A stretch of DNA of 64,000 nucleotides, taken from positions 69,192,001 through 69,256,000 of the forward strand of contig OZ249436.1 of assembly GCA_965235115.1 (NCBI GenBank). Direction: 5' to 3'. How positions within the stretch are numbered: the stretch's first letter is position 1; each line of letters begins with the position of its first letter. Of this stretch, positions 49,306-62,065 are shown piece after piece. This DNA is from Laetmonice hystrix. Lineage: Eukaryota. A model generated the notes under the pieces. The model made no database searches. It worked only from the letters and a program-made list of their open reading frames with translations, and was not told the origin of the DNA. The position numbers and the translations under genes are program-made.

Positions 49306-49763
49306 TAGCCTGGTCCCCGCGCCTACCATACGCATCCGCTATGTTAGGCCCGGTGATGGCTAACAGAAAGCTGTAAAACGGAAGTGATGATCTCCAAGCA
49401 CTTCCGCCTCGGAGCTAATCACTTCCGCCTCCGGTCCGTTGGTCAGCGTTAACAGAGTGATTGACTTCTGCTTGGAGCGTGGCCGGGAGTGGCCAACAAT
49501 AGCAACATGCCCGTGCGTATGCAGACCGTAGCAGGTGTGGGGACTGGTGACGCTATGTTTACATCCAGAAAAGCGAGGACATTTAACAATTGTATTTTAA
49601 AGGGATTGACGAAAATATTTGTGTCTTGTTGGAGAAATACGGAGGGTACGGAACTATACCTCGTTTGCGTCCATGTTTTCGATGGGCGAATCACAACGCT
49701 TGCTTCGATTGCCCGTCACCAGGCTCTATATACGAAGTTAATATAGAGCTGGGGACCCGGCTA
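49306..49763. mobile_element. Non-autonomous DNA transposon, Academ-like (458 bp)
   Basis: TIR TAGCCTGGTCCCC / GGGGACCCGGCTA (1 mismatch); perfect 10-bp TSD gacagagatc at 49296-49305 and 49764-49773; TAG termini with a 9-10-bp TSD fit AcademH as recalled. Confidence 0.7.
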
Positions 49764-52167
49764 GACAGAGATCGTTCTTTTCGTTCAATCTCTGCCACAC
49801 CCTGGGTACTGCCGTTTGAGTGACCCCTGACCTGACCTAGAAATCCCTGACCGGAACAGCCGAAAATTGCCGAGCTCGAATCGTGGCTGCTCGATTTTTC
49901 TGAGGCACTCTTGCTGTTTACTTTTAAGGCGCACACAAACAACCAAATCTTCGGAGAAATCATCTGCATGTTGGAAGGGAAGTACCCAGAATAGTATTTT
50001 GAATCATCCCGAAATTGGTCAACCGACTTGCGACTATAGCTGTTTCCCTCCGCAAAATGTAGTCCCTAATATTTCATCTTCTCTTGTACGATGAATGTCA
50101 CTTGGTATCGGTTTTGGGATTTAGAAGCACGTTAAATTTTACAGATACCATACAGGACGGCCGACTTTGCAAAAACGAGGTTAAACGCGTAGGGGCCCGA
50201 TTTTGCCCGTAAAAAGTCATGTGTGGCAGAGGGGTAGTGGAGCGGGCCCCTCTGTATTATAGAAGATTGACGACAGTTCAGTTGATTTTTGAAAACCGCT
50301 CACACCGTACAACGGCAGTCGAGTCGCGTCTTTAGCCCGCTCACACTGACGATTCATTTTTGGAATCGGGCACAGCTCGTGACTTACGACGGGAATAGGG
50401 TCTTTAGCTCACCCACACAATCAACCAAGCAGTCAGGAGAAGTTGTAAGTTGGATGTACGTCCAACTTACAACGATTGTTGTATAGTGTGAGCCGGGCCT
50501 GGTGGCGGTTGATTGTATTGGTTATCATGTTGGTGGCGGATGGACGGAGGGTCGAGGGTGTGATCTCAGCTTCCGTCGCTGAGGGTGAACGTCACTCAAT
50601 GTTATCAGGACAAAGATAACCCCAGGCAGGTGCCCTGAAGATTAATAGTCTGATGTGTGTGCTATACACTCCTCCAGCAACAATGGCGGGGTTGTTGTAA
50701 AGTATATAAGTTTATAAGTTCTCAAAGATCAAAGAGCTCAATAAGGCCTCGCACAATGATGAATTGGGCCGATCTTTTTGCGGGAGGTAGGAATGTTTTC
50801 CATGTTTAAGTGATGAGGCACGCTAAGTGGACGGAAAAGAACTGGAGTATACTTTCATTACGTCAACATAATGTATGGAATAAAAGTCAGGCCATGATTT
50901 ACGAGCTAGGCTCCACAATTTTGTACTGAGCCCTCAAGAAGACCATACTTTGAGAAAACCAAGTGTCACTGATTGGAACTCTACGTGTAAACGATACCCA
51001 GGTAGGAGGATGCAGGTATACGCAGTGTCGATCTGAAATGATGGAAGTCCCGTAACATATGGCTGAGGTATTCGCAACGTCCCAGCCCTCAGGCGTGGTG
51101 GCGCAGGGACAACAAAGTCAGTATAGACTTGGTCGTGCCGGAAGCTCGCTCTAAAAGTACCTTAAAGAGGGTCATCAAGACAAATTAGTAAATGGCCCCT
51201 CAAGCAAAAGTGAACTTTTCAGAGTTTTAAAGCTTTAACTCTTGAGGGCAGTCGTATATATAAATTGTCTCCAACCTGACGTGCTATCCAGTATGTTCAA
51301 AGAACGACTGTTATGTCTGATAGAGCACAAACGACCTTGGAGAATTTGCCTGGAAGAAATATGTTAACGTTGAAACACAAAGTCAGTGTAGCCTTAAGCG
51401 TTATAGAGAAAGGGTCGTTAAGGGGCCTGCTGTTCAACCCATGCTCTCCCAACCCAGAGCAGCATGGAGAACATGACTGGACATTAGCTCAATAACTATT
51501 GTCATTCAAGTATTTATTTTAAAAAATATCGCGGAATAAGAAGGAGATTATGTACATTTTGATCAGAGCGACAGGTGCGTTAATTATTTTCCGGGTGTTA
51601 CCCTACAGGTGAAAGGGGCGGCCGGTCACTGAATGATGGGGTGGGGTTGCATTCAGCGGTCGCCAGACCGTCCCACTCAACTGTTGAGTGAATCCCACAG
51701 TGGTGATGGAACATGACATTGCTCTCCCAACTATTTCCCGTGCGCAACCAGATGGCAAGCGTCGAATCAATATAGCTTAAAAGTGCTACAAATTGCCATT
51801 TCTTTGATGAAATGTCAGAACGTATAAAAGGTTTAGAGTGGATGCCTCGGCAGTTCACCATGCAGGGTGTAGCCTTTGTCGAGATTTCCGGTGAACCAGA
51901 TTCTTATGCCTTCAAGTGAAGAAAAGGGAACTTACTATGGTGCGTAGTACGATACAAACGTTGTTTTAGTGTGAATTGTAATAGGAAATCACCCTTGGAA
52001 ATTTGCAATAAATGAAAGAATGAATGGGTGAGCGAGGGAATGAATGAAATAGACCAAGTAAGTAAAAGGAAGATAGAATAAATGAATTTTTACATAAGGC
52101 CCAGACTTTTAATGTGCAGATTATAAAGTCGATATGTCCGTGTATACAGCAATGTGTTTTATTGCAG

Positions 52168-52359
52168 GGATTGCGGCCGTCTAATCACGCAACCATCCAG
52201 AGTTTGGTGCACGCCATCGGCATCCCGGCGGGCGTGCCTGCACCCTGCTGCGTTCCCGATGTCCTCTCCTCCGTCACCCTCCTCTACTTTGACGAGAACC
52301 GTAACGTCGTTCTCAAGAACTACCCCTCCATGTCGGTACAGTCCTGCGGCTGTCGGTAA
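52168..52359 (+). CDS. BMP3: BMP3/GDF10-like ligand, exon 3 (C-terminal cystine knot)
   Basis: ttttattgcag| phase-0 acceptor; GLRPSNHATIQSLV...PCCVP...LYFDENRNVVLKNYPSMSVQSCGCR*; completes the 7-Cys TGF-beta domain. Confidence 0.96.
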   Translation, partial: GLRPSNHATIQSLVHAIGIPAGVPAPCCVPDVLSSVTLLYFDENRNVVLKNYPSMSVQSCGCR

Positions 52360-55300
52360 TCTACTCACATCCGAGGACTTTCAACAAAAACGGAGTGCTC
52401 CATTTCGGGTGGTTTCTGGGGCTTCCTTGCCCCGGCGACCTCCCAACTGTACGTCCTGGAGGACTGGAGGATGGTCACCCAAAATGTCTTGCCGAGCGGA
52501 GGAGGCTAGAGTGAACTCTACGCTGTTATCACGTCTTCATTTCGCGATAAAAACTAATCGTCACATCCCGATACATTTCCCATCGGTGGTGTTATTATTC
52601 GAATATCAGTGTTTTTAGTGAGGTGTTTTAAATTCAGGATGTTTCCCTGAATGATTGAGATAACTGCCGCGGATTTGTTGAACAGAAAACCCGGGTGTGC
52701 ACCTGTCCACTGTTCCATGGAGTTGACCCAGTTACAAGAGGAAGTAGGTGGACACATGACTTCCGGTATTGTCAGTATACAGACAGATTCGTTTCGAGTA
52801 CTCGTGACAGGAGAGTCGCACTCCGTGAAGAAAACAAAGATGAGAATTTGAATCTATAGTCATTATTCACCGTCAGAGTGGCGGGCTTTCGGATGCTCCA
52901 GCCTCCTTTTCGTAAATCCAGTGACTATTCTGGGTGACGTGTGGCAAACAATTACAGAGGCATGGATCCGTGATGAACGACTTCGACTCCATGGGATCCA
53001 ACGACACTAACGGGATCGCTTTAATCGTAATGGTTCCGCGTGCCCTCGGCGCCCTTCGTAAGGAAGCAGGTCTTGCAATGTCAAATGAAGCTGTTAAAAA
53101 CTGTAGCGTTACCATCTTCATTATACTGCAGTAGATTATGCACCCAGAAGTAAATATGTCAATTGGAGAATTAGAGTTCTATGTAAAGTTTGTCGTTGGT
53201 TTTATCAAATCTCTTTTGTTGATGTTCTTGACTTTAAGAAGTGTAATCCGGCTGAGCGGATAGATAGTTCCTGTCGTCAAAGTGACCGGCAGCGCTGAGC
53301 CTAATAGTCAATCATTTCAACCCCTATACCTATTCAACAGTGGGAACCCCTATTAACCCATCCTCCGCTCGCCGGCGATTCCCCGACGATAAAGCTATGT
53401 CTAAATATTGGTGTTTTGGGCGACTGACTAGGAGGGTTGGTCCACTACTGGAGGTCAGGGGTCACGCGTCGGTCTGTTCTCATGGCTGGAAGACAGTCTC
53501 AACCCGGCGGTCAAACAACGTAAACAAAAGGGATTTATGGCCCGGCAACGACACATCCTGCACGATAAGGGCACGGACGAGGGTACCCCCCAGTGGGAAA
53601 GTACTCGGTGCCGACGTGTAAGTGTAATGTGCGGTCGTAGCCGGGACGCCGCAGGAAGCGGATACTGGATGAAGGGCAACCGAAAAGGGTTCCATCCGAA
53701 CTGATGGCGTCGCTCGGGTTGCCATCTGCCGTGGAGATCAGAGCACAGAGAACGGGAGAAGTCTGGGAGAGTGGCGTATGTCACATGACGCTCCATACTT
53801 ACATTGGGGCAAAGTCGGGAAAATACAATTTTCGCGTTGTTGGGAATTCCGCCCCCTGTACACACCCACAGTGCCCAGTCGGAAATACCGCTGTTCAAAG
53901 CGACTGTGACGTCATGGCTTTCATCTACATAACGCCCCCGCACAGCCATAGATAGCAACACAACAGGAATGGCACGATTAGATGTATTTATAGTTCACCG
54001 AAATGTTAGGAATCCTTCAGTATGTGTTTACAGGATGTACAAACATATCACACTGTGCCCATTCGTATTTAAAATGGTGTGTGTCGTTTTTTAAATATTC
54101 AGCGTAGGTCTATTTATTTACCTAGTCTTCTTCTTGTGTAAAACGTAAAAAATACGCAGGGTGTATGTCTATAAAAGTGATCGGACTTTACGGTTTGTAC
54201 TTAGTTAGATATATTGATGGGGATTATCTATCATGCTTTATCTCCGAATTATCTTAATATGAAAGGTAAATCTATACAACAGATTATTAGATGCGGGAAA
54301 CGCTAACTTCCATGTCAAAATTAAACATCTGTTTTATCATTGAGCCATTGTTTAGATATAATTTCATTCAAAAAACATCTCCTACTTGTAGAACATGAAA
54401 TTTAAGTACATCAAAATGTACCGATAGGCCTATCTATCGCGAATAGCCTACAAGGGGCAACGTCTGTGGTGTTATCTTAAAGTAATGTAAATATTCTAAT
54501 GTTGCAAAAAAAATGTCAATATGATAGGCGTATATAGTCTGGTCCCTTGTAATATAGTACGCGGGACCTATTAGCGTGCAGTGCTGAGGGTCGTGTCATA
54601 AAGGACAACCTATCGAGGTGGCATGCCCACACAGTACACCCTCAGTGTTCCTAACTTTGAACTTGACTTGTTTTGGTTTATATGACGAAAACGCGCAGAT
54701 GCTCACTTTGCCGTTACATGTAAACATCGCCTAAGAACGACCCGTTTACTTAAGGTGAACTTAGGGCTGACACAGAGAACGCAAACATGCCAAAGACTAC
54801 ATTAACTGGTCTTCAATTCCCGCGCAATATGTCGCGTGTAGCAGACCTGCCTGGGAATCTGCAAGGCAGGCCGTATGCATAGTTACATGGTGTAGCTATG
54901 CCCATCCACCAAGCGACAGTAGTTGCCTTCCTTTGGTCGGCCATATCGAATAGTAAATGAAAGGACAGTATGACAAAACAAGGAGAAACCGCACGCCACA
55001 ATGGGGGTCTATCCGACTAAGTGGCAACGTTTCCATACATTGCTGGTATTCCTTTCTTACACATTTCACAGTGTCAGGTCGTGGCAGATATACACAAGAG
55101 CCATTGCAAATGGTAGAAAACATGACAAAGTCAAACTAGATTTTCGCAGGATATCTATTTCACCCGTTCATCTGTTCCGAATTGGGAGGAAACATTAGGC
55201 CTACCAGGTATCTTTGGTAGGTCCAAGATGAACAGTGGGTCATACCTATTGTTTATCTTGTTCATCGCTAAAGGATGAGTACGATCAAAACTGTTAAAAC

Positions 55301-57661
55301 TCTCACTTTTATAAATTATCGACGACATGCATGCCGTTTGGACCCCTCTCATTGCAGCCGAAATAATAGGCTAGTGTTTCTAATATCTTCCTAATCTGTA
55401 TAATTTACCTTTTTAGTCGCACAAACAAGCACCTGGTCTGTAGTTGATATAGCCCTGACATTCAATACGTGATCTTATGTCGTAGATAAAACTCTGTCGA
55501 CGTCACTGATCTACGATTGACCGGGTTTTACATTCAGATCTGGGCTACTGATGCCACCCTTTCAGGGTCCACATCGTACAAGGGTCAAATTTCCGAAAAT
55601 GTACACCCTCTGCCCTCACACACACATGTGCTTGTCCGGTTCGTGAGCCGCTTCAGGTTTGGTTTGTCCGAGATAGACGCCCTCAGTGACGACCAGTCAG
55701 TGTACACGCCGCGGGCCTGGTCCAATTAGACCTACTCTGTGTACTCTCTATCACGTTTGATATAAGTATAATATAAACGGTAATACAATTCTCTCATAAC
55801 ACATATCAGACGAATACCGCAATGCTCTCAGCAGCTTTAGGCCTAGATACAGCGGAGTAAGGACTCGACAATTGCCGACTTCCGAATGCCTTTCGGTTCA
55901 TTTGACACAGGAAGAGGGTGTTGCAAAGTAATGAAAAGATGGTATTTGTGATGAATAACTCGAAGTGGATCTTTTTCTTCAATCGGTGGTTTCAGTGCAA
56001 GAATCATTACCTTGTTCTCGGTACTCCTCGGCAGGTAACACTGATGGGTCTTTATGTGGTGTTTGTTTACAACCTGACTTATTTAAGGTCGTAGTTCTGC
56101 TGCGGTAAAGATACTTCTAACCCTCGAGAGTGTAGTATGTGTACCACATACGTTATTTACCTTTTTCTCAAGTCGTCAGTTACATTTATTGTCAGGTTTC
56201 TGTATAAAAAAAGCTGTTATACTTGCCACATGGCTAGATTATGTACATGGTTCGTGACGCTAGGTGTGCTTAGATATCAATAATATCAAAGGGATTCCTT
56301 TGAACAAATGATAACACATAATAACGCCCTCCGGCGAAAGTAATCACTCTTACAATGTCTTCTTTTTCAATCCACCTAATGTGTAGTTAATGTTGAAAAC
56401 AAATGTAAAGTACAACGTTGCTACAAGTGCTAGGGTGCAAACATTTCCTCAGTACTCTAATACGTATTACATTTATAACTATGTTGTTTACGGATTATGA
56501 AATGGTATATGACACATTGGGTATATATATTGTATTGGCGTGCCACGTGGTTGTGTTGATGTAGACGATTTTAGATTGTGTATATACATGTATAAAACGC
56601 AAGAGAAATACACAATTATTTGCACCGTACTGGTTATATGGTATTTATACTGTACACGTATTTTGTACTGCAGAGATATTAAGTGTAGTATAATAAACCT
56701 GAGATATAATCAATCGTTTGTGACTTACTTGTTTTGTTACTACAAACTTCTATCATCAGGAATGGCTGCCCCGACTGGGTCCCCTTTATCCAGTGATGTC
56801 ACCCAGCAAATCGGCTGGCTGGGATAGATTTCAAAACGAAAAAGACACTCCGAATACAGCGGGAAAATTATAGATAAACTCTCGAATTCCAAGGTATTCG
56901 GGAGAGACATCCTAAGGATGGATTAGGGTTGATGATAATTTTTTTGAGGAAACTTGAGAGACGTACATCATATATTTATAAGTTACAGTTTTACTTAATC
57001 ATACCTGATTATAAGTAAATAACACAAGGGGTTGACCATCTCATTTTGCGTGCATGTGTAAAACATCCACATGCCCGCCAAACTCCCACCTCTTGCATCC
57101 ATTAGGGGCTATGCATCATTCTGTAATACTTGGGGAATAAAAGAGAAAAGTTCATGTAAATTAGTAATGGCAATGGCAGCCCTCGGAGGTCAGTATGATT
57201 GACCTTTCCGCTCGGGTTGCTTTGATTAATGTGCGTCTGATGTTTGGTGGTGGAGTCACGCTCGTGCACAGCCCACGTGACGTGCATGTACCACTGAACA
57301 CGGTAGGTGGTCGACGCCGAGGGAAATGAAATAAGAACGGGGGCTGGTTCAGGATTTCTAGTGTCTTAATCAATTTGGTATTTGGAACACAATGTCAAAT
57401 ATGAAACAAGGAAAACGCCAATTTTGTAACACTCGCGGTGAAGTTAGTTAAAGCAAAGCAGCGAAAACTGCATGGGTTGCTTAAAAATTGAAATATAAAT
57501 TTAGGAAAATGATAATAATAAAACCAAAACAAATAAAAAAAAAATAAAAATACGATGCCACCAAATGAATAAAGACTTCTGACGCTAAGCCATGACTCAA
57601 TTCAAGCAGGTGGCAGGAGTAGTCACTCGTTGAAAAGTACATTTTATGACGGACAAGATTG

Positions 57662-58136
57662 GATCAGGTATGAAGGTAAGCCTACAGAAGTTAACAGATC
57701 AGGTATGAATGTAAGCATACAGAAGTTAACAGATCAGGTATGAAGGTAAGCTTACAGAAGTTAACAGATCAGGTATGAAGGTAAGCCTACAGAAGTTAAC
57801 AGATCAGGTATGAAGGTAAGCCTACAGAAGTTAACAGATCAGGTATGAAGGTAAGCCTATAGAAGTTAACAGATCAGGTATGAAGGTAGGCCTACAGAAG
57901 TTAACAGATCAGGTATGAAGGCAAGCCTACAGAAGTTAACAGATCAGGTATGAAGGTAAGCCTACAGAAGTTAACAGATCAGGTATGAAGGTAAGCCTAC
58001 AGAAGTTAACAGATCTCATACCCGGAGAGTAATTATGTTTAATACCGTTGTGTCACACACATGATTTTAAAGGAAAGGGATGGTAATGCCCTGGATGGGA
58101 ATGACCCGCAGGTGTCGCGCTCGCTGATACGCCACC
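57662..58136 (+). repeat. 35-bp minisatellite (~10 copies) plus ~125-bp flank; left copy of a direct repeat
   Basis: Unit cagaagttaacagatcaggtatgaaggtaagccta, then agatctcatacc...gatacgccacc. Confidence 0.9.
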
Positions 58137-58398
58137 TTCTGCTGAAGTACGACAGCGACATCTACTGAGAGCAGCTGGCGCCAGTCGATGAGGGCGTCTC
58201 GATCCACAACGAGCAATGCTGGTCTAAATCTTCATTTGTTTTAATTTTGTTGTTAAGAACTCGAATGCAAATTTCTTTTTATGCCTCATTACAGTTATAC
58301 AATTAAAATAGAAGAACCGATTAAATTGTCTGCCGGTTGGGCGGCTATAAATAGGTAGGGCCACCTGGAGGTATGGAACTATATGATTAAGTTGTTTG

Positions 58399-58412
58399 AC
58401 ACTAGATGGCGC
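58399..58412 (+). promoter_or_regulatory. CTCF-like motif, next to a reverse-oriented match at 58358-58371 and TATAAATA at 58346
   Basis: ACACTAGATGGCGC; CCTCCAGGTGGCCC on the minus strand; motif match only. Confidence 0.35.
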
Positions 58413-59048
58413 TCCATATTCTTGGGCAGGTTTCTTGGTTTCTCGCTGCCTCGGGACTTTAACTTTTAATCTTCATTGTGCTAGTCGGAACATTGTTATG
58501 GGCCCCGTTAGACTTGCTAGGTACGGTATATGTCGGGTAACGTTCGTACATAAATAGTTTCTCTACATCCCCTGACATTTCCCACATAATATATTATTAT
58601 ATCCTTCTCCTAACCATAGATTAGCCAGTGTGCCTGTTGCGACAGCTCAAACATACACGAGCAAAGATAATCCGATATAGACACATGTGCTACTGTCTTA
58701 TAATTGCACATGTTCTCTTCTACTGCGTAAGTTACGTAGGCCTAATAAGTTAGGCCTACATAGCTGTTTTAACTAGGATTATCACACGTACACGACACAC
58801 ATGCGCAACAGTAACTTTTTACGGCCGATATATCCGGTGGAGCATAACCCTGGTCGGCCTAGATACCTACATACAATATAGGCCGGTCACACGCACGATA
58901 CTTTCTTTTAATGGCAGATTCAATGAAACCATATCTCGGCCTGAGTTGATGTAGATTAAGCTACTCCTCTATAGGCCTGCCCCGGACGGAGCCGTGAGTT
59001 ATATTAAGTCTATAATCTACACAAGAGAGCTGAGAGGAACGTTCTTTC

Positions 59049-60572
59049 ATGATGCCAGTGCAGTCCACCTGTGTGACAGTCACCGTACTTCCCCTAGTTC
59101 TTTGTGTGTTACTGAGCGTTGCCGTCGCCTGTGGACCAACACACAGACCTACAACTGGGCCACAATCCCTGAGAATTCACGCTCGTGGTCCGTGGATGGT
59201 GGATACCGCCGGCCGAGTGAGATTATTCCACGGATTCAATGCCGTAAGGAAGAGCCCACCATGGTACCCAGACACCCTGAACGACGCCCAGTTAAAATAT
59301 TACAAGGATTGGGGATTCAACGCTGTCCGTCTAGGTGCCATGTGGTCCGGTGTTCAGCCTTCCAACGGGACCGGGGCGTTCAACGACACGTACCTGGCCG
59401 TACTTGTGGACATGGTTGAACGGGCCCGTACACACGGTATCTATGTCTTACTCGACATGCACCAGGATGTGATATCCACTCGGTACGGCTCGTACGACGG
59501 TGTCCCACGCTGGCTTATCAACCGAATGCCCGAGACCACCCATCCGTACCCGTGGCCTTTTGAAAAACTCTCCCGGTGGGAAGATGGGTACCTCACTGAG
59601 GCGGTAGGTGTCGCTTTCCAGGGTCTCTACGACAATGCCGTCGGGGCAAGAGATGCGATGGCGGCCTTTTGGAAAAAGGTCGCGTGGACATTTCGGGATC
59701 ATGATAGTGTTATCGGTTTTGAACTGATAAACGAACCCTGGGCCGGTGATATCTACAAACAGCCAAGTTTATTGTTGCCTGGAAACGCCGGGCGTCAGAA
59801 CCTGGCGCCATTGTATGATGTTTTAAACGCCGCTATTCGGTCTGTGGACTCTGAGACGTTGATATTTTATGAACCGGTCACGTGGGGCATGGTATTTCCG
59901 GGAAACGGCACCCTGGGTAGTGGCTTCTCGAGCGTTCCCGGCGGCCCTCTCTACGCCAACCGTAGCGTCATATCTTGGCATTACTACTGCTGGGTCCTTC
60001 GCTTCGATGACAAAGGCCCAGATGGAATATTTCAGAGGGGTATCTGCGACAAACTTCTGGGACCCAAGGTGTTTGACACGGTTCTGAAGGACATCAAGCG
60101 GGTTGGCGGGAGTTCATTTCTGACCGAGTTTGGTGGCTGTGAACCCGACAGCAACCCGAACTCGACTGAGACTATCGAATGCAACTTTGTGTTGGACCAA
60201 GCTGACAAGCACCTTCAGTCATGGACCTACTGGGATTCCAACTTCTTTAACTACACAACGGGCGCCGTGCGATATGACCTAGTTCGACCGTTCGCTAGAG
60301 CTTACGCACGCGCAGTGGCCGGTATCCCCGTCGCCATGACGTCTGACGTCGATTCTCGCACGTTTAATCTTGTCTTTAACCTTGACCCCGATATCGATGC
60401 CCCGACTGAAGTGTTCCTCCCACCCCTTCAGTTTCCTGACGGGTTCAGGGTGAAGTTGTCAACAGGACTGCAGTATACCTTCGACAAAGGATCTAATGTA
60501 TTGAGCGTTACGAGACACGCTAATTCACTGAAGGTTACTTCAACAGGGATCATCTCAGTTTTTAGCAAATAG
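59049..60572 (+). CDS. Secreted endoglycoceramidase (glycoside hydrolase family 5, EGCase II-like), intronless, 507 aa
   Basis: Signal-like N-terminus; GRVRLFHGFN, WGFNAVRLG, GIYVLLDMHQD, acid/base LINEP, HYY, nucleophile FLTEFG, SWTYW, and RAYARAVAG followed by a C-terminal beta-sandwich; all typical of GH5 EGCases. Confidence 0.93.
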   Translation: MMPVQSTCVTVTVLPLVLCVLLSVAVACGPTHRPTTGPQSLRIHARGPWMVDTAGRVRLFHGFNAVRKSPPWYPDTLNDAQLKYYKDWGFNAVRLGAMWSGVQPSNGTGAFNDTYLAVLVDMVERARTHGIYVLLDMHQDVISTRYGSYDGVPRWLINRMPETTHPYPWPFEKLSRWEDGYLTEAVGVAFQGLYDNAVGARDAMAAFWKKVAWTFRDHDSVIGFELINEPWAGDIYKQPSLLLPGNAGRQNLAPLYDVLNAAIRSVDSETLIFYEPVTWGMVFPGNGTLGSGFSSVPGGPLYANRSVISWHYYCWVLRFDDKGPDGIFQRGICDKLLGPKVFDTVLKDIKRVGGSSFLTEFGGCEPDSNPNSTETIECNFVLDQADKHLQSWTYWDSNFFNYTTGAVRYDLVRPFARAYARAVAGIPVAMTSDVDSRTFNLVFNLDPDIDAPTEVFLPPLQFPDGFRVKLSTGLQYTFDKGSNVLSVTRHANSLKVTSTGIISVFSK

Positions 60573-60779
60573 GATCCGAACTAGACAGAGCATCGACTCA
60601 GTTACTCGTCAGTTCTGGGACGGACAGCGATCCCTTATGAAAACGGTGGGGGGGGGGGGGGGTTTATCTGAACTCCCAGTCCCCGTCAGTCCGTCACGTT
60701 TTATTTGTTACCTATACCGCTCAGATGTGAACTCGCATTTCACTCAATGATTATGTATGTCCGTGGTACAATTTACTCC

Positions 60780-60785
60780 AATAAA
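60780..60785 (+). terminator. Putative polyadenylation signal of the endoglycoceramidase gene
   Basis: First AATAAA noticed, ~210 nt after the stop codon. Confidence 0.4.
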
Positions 60786-61635
60786 TCTTGCTGTCAAACC
60801 ATATTTGAAATCCAAGTCATATAGCGGGCACATTCACTTGAAGCGGGTCGCCATCTTGCCCCCAGCCTCGTTTTGGGTGGAGGGAGGCAGGGAGGGGTTA
60901 GTTTTTCACAGACACATCGCCACGCATTGATGCATTGATGGATCATTGATGCAGTATGAAAATAAGAACTGCTCCCTGGCTGACGCTGCCCCTTCCTCGT
61001 TTTGGGCGAGACAGCTGCATGTCAGCGATGGCCGCCATTATGTTCACAGATTCAAACTCCCGCTTCAGAACCAAGTAAATCCGTGAATACTCATTCAGTA
61101 ACAGCCAGTGCTTAAAGAACGGTAGGGACACCTTCATTAAGACTTTATGTACGACTGGAAACTATGTGGGGGGGGGGGGAGGTGCAGGGAGGTACAAGGA
61201 GGTACAAGGACCCGACGATTTTGAATGGAAGCAATCCCAAGCCCAGCTGGCGACCAAACAAATGAAGCCAATGCCCTTGGAATCCCAGGTTAGGTCCGAA
61301 TGAGCCATTCGTAGTTTTTGAATATTATTGATACAATATTGGAACAGTAAACGGATTGAGCTGATTACTTTGTGTCAGCTTTCTCAGCTTGTAAATATTA
61401 AATGTGTTAATTTCACAGTAAGACCATTGGAAAACGATTCAACTGTGATATCGATCATTGGCGAATGCAAAATGCAATACCAAAATAATAAAAGAGTGTG
61501 TTGAATTCTAATTTTACCGTTAATACAACTTGACTGGCTTAGTTTTGAACGGCTGCTATGAGGACATAGTCCGCTCAAGGTCATCGTTGTTATAATGCCT
61601 ATACATTTGTAGATCTTTGGTGTGAAGACGTTATT

Positions 61636-61842
61636 CAGAAGTTAACAGATCAGGTATCAAGGTAAGCCTACAGAAGTTAACAGATCAGGTATGAAGGTAA
61701 GCCTACAGAAGTTAATAGATCTCATACCCAAAGAGTAATTATGTTTAATACCGTTGTGTCACACACATGATTTTAAAGGAAAGGGATGGTAATGCCCTGG
61801 ATGGGAATGACCGCCAGGTGTCGCGCTCGCTGATACGCCACC
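61636..61842 (+). repeat. Right copy of the direct repeat (~2 units of the 35-mer plus the same ~125-bp flank)
   Basis: Near-identical to ~57930-58136; similarity stops abruptly after gatacgccacc. Confidence 0.9.
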
Positions 61843-62065
61843 ATTCGGGATTCCCTCGGCCATATCTACGAAAGTAGCCTCGGGTGAAATAGGTGCCATT
61901 TTGAGCATTGCATCGCGGGTACATTTAGCGGGGACTCTCGACAGCATGGCAGTGCTTGCAGTATTTTGTCTGCATCAGGCATGGAAGCAACTAAAATAGG
62001 CCTACAATGCTTTCCCCGAAGTCAGTGGGCAATATTACAATAGTATCATGTCATGATACAACTTA

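Noticed and set aside
50325-50500. Harbinger-like MITE (GCCCGCTCACACT...AGTGTGAGCCGGGC)
   Set aside because: TIR has an indel and the flanks give no matching TSD; not reported as a feature.
50810-50850. Hammerhead-like GTGATGAG...GGAAA
   Set aside because: Core lacks the conserved C of CUGAUGA, and stems I/III are not evident.
52359-59049. Functional linkage of BMP3 and endoglycoceramidase (glycolipid control of signalling)
   Set aside because: Adjacency alone is not evidence in a eukaryote; no shared regulation is visible.
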